A DNA stretch of 64,000 nucleotides. It comes from a virus. Below are positions 40,156 through 49,128 of the stretch, piece by piece; within the stretch, counting starts at the first letter, position 1, and every line of letters begins with the position of its first letter. The DNA lies in IMG/VR virus record IMGVR_UViG_3300037247_001044, positions 6,831-70,830 of that record; one strand, written 5' to 3'. A program made the translations under genes and the position numbers. The notes beneath the pieces are model-generated. The model ran no database searches and was not told the DNA's origin. It saw only the letters and a program-made list of their open reading frames with translations.

Positions 40156-40180
40156 GATGGGCCTTTCGTGGGGTTGAGGG

Positions 40181-40668
40181 GGGACAGTAGGTCTCTCGGT
40201 TTCACGGGGGGGATCGCCCTGGGTTGGGGGCACAACGGTTTTCGGTTTCAGCGTATTGATCGCCTTGTGTTAGGGCAGGCTGGGGTTCGGTTTCACCCAC
40301 GAAATCGCCTTGGTTGGGGGCACCGGAACTTTCGGTTTCGTTCTTGTTGTCGCCTTGAGCAGGGGCATTACTATGGTCGGTTTCATTGCTCCAATCGCCA
40401 TGGTTGAAGGCAATGTCTCATTCGGTTTCAAGTCCGTCCTCGCCTTGGATTGGGGCATCAGCTCGATCGGTTTCACGGTGGCTCTCGCCTTGGGTCGGGC
40501 ACGTGTCTAATCGGTTTCACGTCCGTCCTCGCCTTGGGATGGGGCATTGACCGGGTCGGTTTCACTATTCATCTCGCCTTTGGTTAGGGCACGGGGGTTT
40601 TCGGTTTCATTTCCTTGGTCGCCTTGGATTGGGGCAAAGGCTATCTCGGTTTCACCCACTCAATCGCC
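40181..40668 (-). ncRNA. TIGR-like dual-spacer array, middle segment (11 units)
   Basis: Loop repeats at 40196, 40242, 40287, 40332, 40377, 40422, 40467, 40511, 40556, 40601, 40646. Confidence 0.85.
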
Positions 40669-40670
40669 CA

Positions 40671-41168
40671 CTATTTCTTCACCTTCTGAAACACCTTCGT
40701 CAACTTCGCCAGCGTAAACTTCTGCCGAACGGTCGCCTCGCCCTTTACCGTCTTCGCAAGCTCACGACATAGTCGCGTGTTGAACTCGTGACCGGACGCC
40801 CGCTCGGATTCCGCGTCGGCCGTGGCCACCAGTTCGTCGCCCGTGAGCATCCCGAGAGTTTTGCCCGCGATCAAGTAGGCCATCACGCCTTGAGCAATTC
40901 GGCCAGACGCTTCCCCGGCCGTAACCTTTGCCGGTCCACCGTAATCGCCATGGGCGGTTCGCATCTCTACGTTGATATGATGCCGGGTGTCGTGGATCAG
41001 CTTTGCGATTGCCCGGCGGATCAGCTCGTCTTTCAATGTATCGAACCACTGGACCTTGTTTGCCTTCTTCAGTACGGCCTCGGTCGCGTCCTCGATACTG
41101 TCGGGGTGCTTGTCAACGGCCGCGTCTACTAGCTTTTGCAAACGTTCCATTGCTTTCGGTGATTCCAT
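40671..41168 (-). CDS. array-embedded hypothetical protein (165 aa, helical)
   Basis: AAGGAG SD; flanked on both sides by array units. Confidence 0.75.
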   Translation of the reverse strand: MESPKAMERLQKLVDAAVDKHPDSIEDATEAVLKKANKVQWFDTLKDELIRRAIAKLIHDTRHHINVEMRTAHGDYGGPAKVTAGEASGRIAQGVMAYLIAGKTLGMLTGDELVATADAESERASGHEFNTRLCRELAKTVKGEATVRQKFTLAKLTKVFQKVKK

Positions 41169-41174
41169 TGAGTT

Positions 41175-41589
41175 CTCCTTGGGTCAGGGGGCACTTCCAT
41201 TTTCGGTTTCACCCCCGAAATCGCCTTGGGTTAGGGCACCTAGTCATTCGGTTTCACACTGGGCTTCGCCTTGGATAGGGGCAACCTGACAATCGGTTTC
41301 ACGCTTGCGTTCGCCTTGGGTTGGGGCACCGGGCTTGTCGGTTTCATATTCGCACTCGCCTAGAGTTAAGGCAATGTACCACTCGGTTTCACTCTCTTGC
41401 TCGCCTTTGGGTTGGGGCAACGCATCACTCGGTTTCATGATGAGCATCGCCTTGAGTGGGTGGCACTTTCTTTTTCGGTTTCAGCTCGGTGATCGCCTTG
41501 GGCTAGGGCACACCCTACCTCGGTTTCAGCGGGTATTTCGCCTTGATTTATGCGGCAGTGGGACACTCGGTTTCACAGCTATATTCGCC
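41175..41589 (-). ncRNA. TIGR-like dual-spacer array, promoter-proximal segment (9 units)
   Basis: Loop repeats at about 41203, 41248, 41293, 41338, 41383, 41429, 41475, 41520, 41567. Confidence 0.85.
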
Positions 41590-41693
41590 GCGCAAGCCTT
41601 CCCTTCGGTTTCCACGAAAGGCCGCCCATAAAAGGGCAAGAATTTCCCGAAGGGAAGGGGTATTGTTCATAGAGCCAATCGTGGATAACTGCC

Positions 41694-41722
41694 ACCTTAC
41701 CACCGGTATTACCGATTGTCAA
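41694..41722 (-). promoter_or_regulatory. sigma70 promoter for the array operon
   Basis: TTGACA-17 bp-TAAGGT with extended -10 TG, about 100 bp upstream of the first unit. Confidence 0.7.
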
Positions 41723-41765
41723 CCCCGAAATTCAAAGTGGCCCATTTCCTACCGAATTCCGATGG

Positions 41766-42017
41766 TCATGTCTTGCTGAGGGGTTTGCCGGCAATAGCTT
41801 CACGTCTTTCACGAATGCACTGCTTTGGGATATACATGATTCCGCTAAGCTGCCCGGTATGCTCGTCCCGGGATGATGCAATACACAACACATCGTCGGT
41901 TTCTTGTGCCAAATGGCCGACGGTCGTGATCTTGGCGACTCGCATTTCCAAGCTGTCTTTCTCGGTCCACCCATCATCGGATCGTGAATCCAGCCAATCA
42001 ACTATTTCAAGTGACAT
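41766..42017 (-). CDS. conserved phage hypothetical protein
   Basis: VDWLDS...GW...TVGHL...IPKQCI pattern. Confidence 0.65.
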   Translation of the reverse strand: MSLEIVDWLDSRSDDGWTEKDSLEMRVAKITTVGHLAQETDDVLCIASSRDEHTGQLSGIMYIPKQCIRERREAIAGKPLSKT

Positions 42018-42018
42018 T

Positions 42019-42225
42019 TTATTTCTTCCTCGGAATTTCCTCCGTCCGAAGCAACGACTGCCCGCAGTGCCGACATACCCGGCGGCGATGACGGTTCCCG
42101 CTGGAAACTCGGTAGGTGGAGGTCACCCGCCAATCGCGACAGCCGCAACGCGGGCAAGCCCACGGATCAGGATTCGCTTCGTCCGCCATCTCCTGCAAGG
42201 ATTTGGGGGGCTTCGCGTCTGTCAT
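42019..42225 (-). CDS. Zn-ribbon protein (NrdR/Ogr-like)
   Basis: CPRCG...V.ST....RRRVCRHCG...TEE. Confidence 0.65.
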   Translation of the reverse strand: MTDAKPPKSLQEMADEANPDPWACPRCGCRDWRVTSTYRVSSGNRHRRRVCRHCGQSLLRTEEIPRKK

Positions 42226-42235
42226 CTTTTGGCAC

Positions 42236-42490
42236 TTAGTCCTTATCGGACGGAATGATTCGACCGAGTTGCAGCCACCGTCGAAAGTGAAAGTAAATCC
42301 CCTGATTATCGTCGACCTGCTCCCCCCGAACGTACACTTTTCCATCGTCATCGAACCGGATCATTTCGCGCCCATCTGCCAGCAGGAACACAATGCTCCC
42401 CGATGGCTCGCCGTTGCCTGGGGAGAACGTCACGTTTCCACCAGCGGGAATGGTCGTCACGTTTCCACCATTGCCATTAGCCTCTGACAT
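42236..42490 (-). CDS. hypothetical protein
   Basis: AAGGAG SD, MSEANG start. Confidence 0.5.
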   Translation of the reverse strand: MSEANGNGGNVTTIPAGGNVTFSPGNGEPSGSIVFLLADGREMIRFDDDGKVYVRGEQVDDNQGIYFHFRRWLQLGRIIPSDKD

Positions 42491-42773
42491 ATCAAATCTC
42501 CTTTTGTTATTGCCCCGCCATTTCCGCAAGACTCAGTCACGGCTTCACCACTCGGTCTACGTATCTTGCGATTCCGGAAACCGCTCATACTTCGTGCAGT
42601 CAGTAAAGAGCAACACACACCCTTTGCCTTTGCCCATCCACTTATAGCCACATCTGTAACAGGGGTGGCGTGCATCTACACATATCTCCGACCAGAGGCA
42701 AAGCCGTATCTTGTTCCGTAGTTCATGTTTTCCTGTTGACGGGCCGTCCATGTATTTAGTTTCACGCTTTTCG

Positions 42774-44864
42774 TTATCGCTTGGCCATTTCCGCAAGACT
42801 CATGGGCTTCTTGGTTGCTTTTTCTGCCGATGGAATTGACGATAGCCGCGACAACGACGCGCCAACACGCCCTAACGCCAAGGCATCCAAGTAGTGGTTT
42901 GGACCATTCGGTGGCAGGAATTTCGCCTTCGCCGGGTCCCACTGTTCGCTGATGACATGAGCCCCAAGTTCCCGCTCTTCCTCCAGCGAACTTCGCAACT
43001 GGCGGCCATCGGGACCAGTCCGCGGAGCGTGTAGCCCGAGGCTGCCGGGCGTACCGAAGTCGGCCTTGAACGCTTCCTGTACGCGGGTCTTGTAAACGTC
43101 AGGGTTGACGTCGCACAGCGGCGACCGCGTCCTGCGGTCGATGTGACACTCGTCGAACAGACGGATGCCGATGTGCGGCAACGGCCGACGGTATTTTCCG
43201 AACCCTTTGCACGGCAAGCAGCGTCCAAAACCAACCTCGGAAGCAAACACCGTCACCGGCTGTACCGACCAGCCTTCGTTTTTCCATCCACTATCAAGCA
43301 GCGTCCAATCGGGAAACCAGGCCGATGCTTCCACATCCAGGTCTTCCCGCCATGGCTTGTGGGTCTGAATCCATTGCCACCAATCGCGGAGCCCTTCCAG
43401 GACAGCATTCTCGCAAGCCTCGGGGCGTTGGCCCGCCGTTGCGAATCGCCAGAAATGGTACTCGACAATCGAACCGACGCAGTGTTCGTCCCACGCGACC
43501 GCCACCCAATGCGCCCCAAGCTTTTTGATATCGACGCCGACTGTCAACCGGACCGTCTCCGGTGGCACGACTCGGTAATCAAAGCCACTCCGGGAATCGC
43601 GAATCTGTTCTGACGTCAGATCGAGCAAGCCGAGTTCGTCAGGCGGGTCGTTGTCGAACTCCGTCGCCGTGTTGGCTGGGCCAATCCTCGCAACCCAGCC
43701 GTAATAATGCTCCAACGCCGACACCTCGACCGTTCCACCCTCCGGCCGGATTCGGTGGTCGTAACGGTGCTGATTCGCGACCTCGCCGCCTTCGTCCATT
43801 TCGTCGCGACGAGCCAGGTAGAACTCGTGTGCTATTCGCGGTGTCGGGGCCTCGCGCACATCGCCTTGCTCGGCCACCCACCCCTGCTTGCACAAGTTGA
43901 CGAATTCAGCCCACGCCGTCTGGTTGGTTGGCGGCTTCAACAGGAACCGCATCCGCCGTCCACGGAAAGATGGGTACTTGTCCCGATCGGTCAGTTGATA
44001 CGCAACAGAACACCGGCTCGGGCAAGTACAGAGCACAAGCCGCGATACGGGATTGTGCTGCGAGCCAAGAGCCGCGATGCCGCGATTGATCTTCCGTAGT
44101 AGTTTGGCAGCTTGAACAGGATTATGAATCGTCTCTTCCGTGTCGGGATCGTCAATAATCACCGCTCTCGGTCGACGGTTTTTGATCCGCAGTCCCCGCA
44201 GAGCAGAATCAAGACCTTGTGCGATCACGATAGCACCAGCCGAGGGCGAACCCGGTACGTTTGGAAATACAAGCCGATCGCCCGTCCAATGGAAACTGCT
44301 CGGCGCCAACTCGTATCGCTCGCCGTTGCCGAACCGCTCGCCCTCGACCACTTGGGTCTTCGCCCGCTGGACGGTGCCCTCCAGGGCCCGAACCGGATCG
44401 CAGACCTCCGGGTAATACTGGAAGATTTCGTCATTCTCCCCGATGGCCATCCTGATCGTGTCTAGGATGTCGGCCGCGTTCTTCGCCGTCGCCCCGAGGA
44501 TGACCCATAGGTCTTGCCCGCCACCTTGCAGGATCGCCTTGAGCGTCAGGGCAATTGCTAGGGACGTCTTTCCTTCGCCCCTCGATGCCGCCGTCGCCTG
44601 ATCGCCGCCCTCCGACAACACTCCAGAAAAGTCGGCCACCATCTGCCGCTGCTGAGGCTCAAGGGGATAGTACGTGTCTGGACTGAATGCCGGCCAGTAG
44701 GACTCGATCCAGAGTTCATCATCGGCCTCGCGTCGGAGTCGTTCGGCCAGCTCTTCCGGTGTCAGCGAGCGGACGGTAACCAATCGGCTCTCAAGTCGCT
44801 GTGTGCGTTTCCGAAGTGCGTCGTAGTCGCGTTCTGACATGGCGCCAGTCGGCTCCTTGGCCAT
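42774..44864 (-). CDS. terminase large subunit (GpA-like nuclease domain)
   Basis: Walker A ASRGEGKT, Walker B VIIDDP, TVGVDI, LLDSG, PCKG, NHYLDA. Confidence 0.9.
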   Translation of the reverse strand: MAKEPTGAMSERDYDALRKRTQRLESRLVTVRSLTPEELAERLRREADDELWIESYWPAFSPDTYYPLEPQQRQMVADFSGVLSEGGDQATAASRGEGKTSLAIALTLKAILQGGGQDLWVILGATAKNAADILDTIRMAIGENDEIFQYYPEVCDPVRALEGTVQRAKTQVVEGERFGNGERYELAPSSFHWTGDRLVFPNVPGSPSAGAIVIAQGLDSALRGLRIKNRRPRAVIIDDPDTEETIHNPVQAAKLLRKINRGIAALGSQHNPVSRLVLCTCPSRCSVAYQLTDRDKYPSFRGRRMRFLLKPPTNQTAWAEFVNLCKQGWVAEQGDVREAPTPRIAHEFYLARRDEMDEGGEVANQHRYDHRIRPEGGTVEVSALEHYYGWVARIGPANTATEFDNDPPDELGLLDLTSEQIRDSRSGFDYRVVPPETVRLTVGVDIKKLGAHWVAVAWDEHCVGSIVEYHFWRFATAGQRPEACENAVLEGLRDWWQWIQTHKPWREDLDVEASAWFPDWTLLDSGWKNEGWSVQPVTVFASEVGFGRCLPCKGFGKYRRPLPHIGIRLFDECHIDRRTRSPLCDVNPDVYKTRVQEAFKADFGTPGSLGLHAPRTGPDGRQLRSSLEEERELGAHVISEQWDPAKAKFLPPNGPNHYLDALALGRVGASLSRLSSIPSAEKATKKPMSLAEMAKR

Positions 44865-45315
44865 TCGTGGCTCTTGTGATCGGCGCAACAAAAAACAGCA
44901 CGCCCAATGGTTCCAGCACTGGACTGCTGTTCTTGTTGCGCCTCCGTGTCCACTCGCTGGCCGGCAAGTGGTCGGTGGCCCCGATAAATTGTTAGCTGTT
45001 CGCCTTGAGGATAATCGGCGCCCGTTCCTTCACCCGCCGAAGACTCTTGATCCGGTCTCTGATTTTCACGGCTCGGCTGCTAGGATTAGGGGCACTCGAC
45101 GGGGGGGCTATTGTACTTCCAGTAAACCCTTTCCGCCCACGGTTGCATTGATAGCTGATTCTTAGTCCTCATCTCAGTGCCTCGTATTGCGCGCCACAAG
45201 ATCCACATGGCCTCGCGTATAGTCGGAGGCTGGCACCAGAACGCCCCGTACCCAAAGCCTTGCTCTTCGAGCTGTACGGCGATACCGTGGGCCTGCGTCA
45301 GATCGAGCTTCAGCT

Positions 45316-45597
45316 TCAGGGGAGGCGTCCGTCCCAATAGACAACCCCGGCCTGGATTTCGGAGTCGGCTGATTGGGCTGCAAGGTCTGGACCGCCAACG
45401 CCACCGGTTAGCGTGAAAGCACCGCCGGCTCCTGCAAGGTCTGGCTTGAGGCGGTCGCGTTCGGCCCGTAGGCGTTGCTGACACTTGAGAAGCTCCCGTT
45501 CGTTCCTGATCCATAGATGTTGCCTGATGACAATCGCGGTCGGTAGCAAGGTGGCATAAGCCAGACAAGCAACAATCGCCCAATCAATCCACGTCAT
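45316..45597 (-). CDS. membrane-anchored hypothetical protein
   Basis: N-terminal TM segment MTWIDWAIVACLAYATLL; GGAGG SD. Confidence 0.5.
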   Translation of the reverse strand: MTWIDWAIVACLAYATLLPTAIVIRQHLWIRNERELLKCQQRLRAERDRLKPDLAGAGGAFTLTGGVGGPDLAAQSADSEIQAGVVYWDGRLP

Positions 45598-45912
45598 AAC
45601 GCCCTCCGTTCATTTGTAATGGCTTTGTGAATCACCCCACTAGAAAGACGTTTACCGCCGTCCATCGCAACCAGCACGCCCTCTGGGGCCTTGTGTAGGG
45701 GGCAGGGCCACCGGACGGACTATGTGTGTTTTGCGCGGCGGGCGGGAAATGCCGCGCCTTGGGGGGGGTAGAAAGAACCTATGCCCCTTTGCCGGCCGCT
45801 GCGTCGTCATACACGCGTTTTCGTGGAAAGGTGGGTCATTATTCATCTCCGATTCCGTCGCCTCTGTGCCCCGTCCATACCCGCACTAGCCCCGTGCCCG
45901 CCGTCTGTATCT

Positions 45913-46350
45913 CTACCCTTCCAACGCTTTCAATATCTCCGTCTCGAAGTTCACTGGCCGATGCGAACCGGGGTACGGACGTACCCTGGATGCAGATCTG
46001 AACGCGCAGATGACGCTACAATGACCGTCCTTCGGCTGTGAAACGCTATAATCGACGAATATCAATGCGCGAGCAGAAGCCCGACCAAAACGCCGTTTGT
46101 TGATGGACCCAAAGAGCGGCTTGAGCCGAGCGGCCACATGAAAACCATGAGCACTAGCGGTCGGAATATGCTCAAATCGAAGTGATAGTAGGATCACAGG
46201 GCCTGAATCCATAGTCGTGAGGTTTATCAATTCCGGCCCGTGTACCGTTATGCCGCTCTTCACTATCGGCTTCTGTAGGCCGAACATCCTGGCTCCCCAT
46301 CCCACAATCGGCAGCCCCGCAAGTCCTGCCATGAAGCTACGTCGGCTCAT
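45913..46350 (-). CDS. hypothetical protein with twin-arginine-like N-terminus
   Basis: MSRRSFMAGLAG. Confidence 0.5.
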   Translation of the reverse strand: MSRRSFMAGLAGLPIVGWGARMFGLQKPIVKSGITVHGPELINLTTMDSGPVILLSLRFEHIPTASAHGFHVAARLKPLFGSINKRRFGRASARALIFVDYSVSQPKDGHCSVICAFRSASRVRPYPGSHRPVNFETEILKALEG

Positions 46351-46660
46351 TGGATTCTCTCCTTTTGTGTTGCCATGTTTTACTACTACCCCCCCGCAGT
46401 GGGCTTAGTTCAAAATAGAGCAGCGTCCCCGCTGGAATCGACCGCCCAGTCGTATTGACGATCTTCACACCGTCGAACGGCAAGGTGTATTCAGTTCCGT
46501 CAAGGGTGACGAATACTAGGCGGGTGCTGCTGGAGTTGTCTCTCGCCTCTGGATCATACGGCAGTTGTACCGTTCTCTCGCCATCCGCTCCCGACTTACG
46601 CAGGCCGAACATCGCAGCCAGCCACGCTACGGCCGTTGCCGCGAAACTACGCCGGTTCAT
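46337..46660 (-). CDS. hypothetical protein with twin-arginine-like N-terminus
   Basis: MNRRSFAATAVAWLAA; AGGAG SD. Confidence 0.5.
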   Translation of the reverse strand: MNRRSFAATAVAWLAAMFGLRKSGADGERTVQLPYDPEARDNSSSTRLVFVTLDGTEYTLPFDGVKIVNTTGRSIPAGTLLYFELSPLRGGSSKTWQHKRRESNEPT

Positions 46661-46934
46661 TGGATTCTCCTATTTTGCTGACCAATTCCAGTACGTCCTC
46701 ATCAACCCCTTCCATCACTTTCCCTAGCCCGACAGATAGATCGTATGCGCCCGCGAAGACGTATTCGCATTCACCTCTGCTTCCGATTACGTGGGCCGAA
46801 TGCATCGGGGGATGCACAGTACACCTCACGGCCATGTTTGCCACCACCCCACGCTCCCCGCTTGCCTTGTGGTAGACCGTATCGCCAATCTGAAACTTTG
46901 CTTCACTCATGATACCATCCTCAATAATCCTCAT
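46647..46934 (-). CDS. small SH3-like (HspQ/YccV-like) protein
   Basis: AKFQIGDTVYHK..ERGVV. Confidence 0.45.
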   Translation of the reverse strand: MRIIEDGIMSEAKFQIGDTVYHKASGERGVVANMAVRCTVHPPMHSAHVIGSRGECEYVFAGAYDLSVGLGKVMEGVDEDVLELVSKIGESNEPA

Positions 46935-47693
46935 CCACCCAGTACGCCATCGCAGTAGCCCCGTGCCCTGCGAACCGTATCATCATCGACGGAATAAGAG
47001 CTGGAGATACCCCCAGAACGTTCGACACGGAAATATGGCCTGGGCATCCGCTTGACATCGCTTGAGCACGACCCGGTAATCGGCCAGGGACTGCCCTGGA
47101 GCCCTCACTGGTATACGTGGCGGAATTACGCCCATTAGTCGCCCCTATCCCGTATGGTGTCGCTTACTCTGTCTGGGTCAACAACTCGCCCATTCATGGT
47201 GATCACTTCCCCATCAATAAAGAGCCGCCGTCTGCGTTCTTTGTCAAACTTGTCCAGAGCGGCCTGGATTCTCGCGCCGACCTCACCTTCGATCTCGGTG
47301 CCGTCTACCAAGAATCGCGTTAGACTATACTGGCTCATCCCCTTGGCACCCCTCAATAACCTTCATTCGCTTTTTTCGCACCACAGTAGACGCAGCCTAG
47401 ATCTAGAAATACGTGACCATCGCGGCATCTACTTCCGCGACTAATCAACTTACCTAAGCGTGTGACGTTATCCTCGAATTCTTCGCGCAACGCATTGTCG
47501 CTTACCATCTTTTCCGATAGCTGGGTCTGGTCCTCCCTGATGACCTCGCTCTGGGGCCGGTCGGGCTTTGGAGGCTCGTTGAATTCAACCGAGTCAATCA
47601 TCTCCTTTCGGGTAAGGCCGCACTGCTCAGCGACGTCCGTCGACTCCACCCATTTCGTGAACTGCTCGCGGACGAAGGCATGTTGTGCTGTGT

Positions 47694-47990
47694 TCATGGT
47701 TTCTCCTCGGCCACGGCAAGAGAATACCATTTGCCAACATCGACCAAATACGCCACCCGCTTGGCGTCCATTTCGACGTGTGCCACTGTGAACCCGGCCG
47801 CTCTGACCTGCGTGATGGCCGAGCGAATGGCGGCTTCAAGCGACTCCGCCTGGCGGTCGAACGCAACGTGCGTGATTCCGCCGCGCGTCACCACGGTACC
47901 GTCGTCACAACCGGCCTCGTACAACGCATCGCAGTCGACCTCGGTGATCTTGAGTGCCGAGAGAACGAGGGAAAATTCGTAGGTCTTCAT
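47694..47990 (-). CDS. conserved small protein (possible HicB-like fold)
   Basis: YEFSLVL...DALYEAGCDD...FDRQAESLEAAIRSAI. Confidence 0.55.
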   Translation of the reverse strand: MKTYEFSLVLSALKITEVDCDALYEAGCDDGTVVTRGGITHVAFDRQAESLEAAIRSAITQVRAAGFTVAHVEMDAKRVAYLVDVGKWYSLAVAEEKP

Positions 47991-48540
47991 GGCGTTGATT
48001 TCTAGACTTTCGCTTATCCAGCGGGGCTCAATAGTCCTCATCCACCCAGCCGCTTGTCGTTCAGGTCGTCAGTCACCACCCGTTTAGGTAGTTGCAGCGG
48101 CCTTCCGATTTCACGTAGTCTCTCGGCTCGGTACTCGATATAAGACATTGTTGACTGAAGCTCAGAATCTTCCATCTCGGTTCGCACCTGGTATCCCGCC
48201 GGAAGTTCGACTGTCTGCCCGGGGATAATCGGGAGGTCCGCCAACCTTCGTTCGTCTTTAGGGCCATTCATAGTCTCATGTCCTCCAGTTCTAGTAGTCC
48301 TCATCCACCCAGTATCACATCCAACATGGCACGTTTACGGCGTTCGGCCATGTCTCGACCCAGGGCTTCCATTTTCATCTTCCACCGCTCCATACACTCA
48401 GGACATGGAGTCGGCGATCCTAGCCACTTACGCTCGTCGTGAATCACGAGTCGCCCGGGCCCAACACTCTGACAACTACACGTAGAGCAAATTGGAGAAT
48501 CAGCTTGCGGTTCAACGTTCGTTTGCATCGTATCACCTCG

Positions 48541-49068
48541 TTAGTAGTCCTCATCCACCCAATATGCCACCCGAACTAGCACTGTCTGCTGCCGTTTCTC
48601 CAGCAGATCATTGCTATCCCACAGCACACCTAGCCCGTCCCTGATATCGGGATCGGCCCGCTTGTCTGTCGGCTCGACGTATTCGGCTGTTACGCCACCT
48701 GTCAGCGTCAGGTCCGAATTCGCCTCGGCTGCGAGATAGTTGTCTATTCGTTCGGCCAGATAAACCCGATTGTCCATCGTCGGCAGGTCGTCCCTAACAT
48801 CGTTGGTCAGATGAACCCGTACTAGGATGTCAATCACCACATAGCGACCATAGGTACCATTGGAATTCCTTGCCCGTTTCGTCATCTGAGGGGCCACCAT
48901 AGTGACCACGGAATCGCCGACTTCGTGTAGACCGGTCAGCGTCGTATAGACTCGCTTGGCTCCGATGGTTTCGAGAAATTCATCCGCGGCGTCTGCGACG
49001 TCCAGCAATAACACCAAAGCCTCGCATATTTGCTGCATTCGGCTTGCGGCTACGGTTACGCTCATCAT
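48541..49068 (-). CDS. putative tail terminator-like virion protein
   Basis: 175 aa acidic alpha/beta pattern; no other terminator gene evident in tail operon; inference. Confidence 0.4.
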   Translation of the reverse strand: MMSVTVAASRMQQICEALVLLLDVADAADEFLETIGAKRVYTTLTGLHEVGDSVVTMVAPQMTKRARNSNGTYGRYVVIDILVRVHLTNDVRDDLPTMDNRVYLAERIDNYLAAEANSDLTLTGGVTAEYVEPTDKRADPDIRDGLGVLWDSNDLLEKRQQTVLVRVAYWVDEDY

Positions 49069-49128
49069 CCCCTCCCAATGATTTCACGGAACGATCGTGT
49101 CACCTTCATCGTTGCAGTCTACGTATTC

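Noticed and set aside
39079-40233. Active IS110 transposase / IS element
   Set aside because: The N-terminal DEDD RuvC domain is absent and the gene is embedded in a multi-unit array rather than between IS ends
31698-40663. Partial guide matches to window genes (12 nt in the gp10-like gene end, 11 nt near 2170, 10 nt in portal YDAA)
   Set aside because: Matches of 10-12 nt are expected by chance with 35 guides over 128 kb of both strands
38535-41589. CRISPR array
   Set aside because: Variable segments are only 9 nt, two different repeats alternate, and no cas genes are present
38572-41631. Short ORFs over the array (38572-38898, 38781-39011, 38818-39072, 40270-40476, 41244-41447, 41305-41631)
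   Set aside because: By-products of a 45-bp period; units of 44, 46 and 47 bp break frame and SDs are lacking
41212-41730. Spacer CCCCCGAAA matching ACCCCGAAA beside the array promoter
   Set aside because: Only one 9-nt half matches (8/9) and the partner spacer does not match the flanks; chance level
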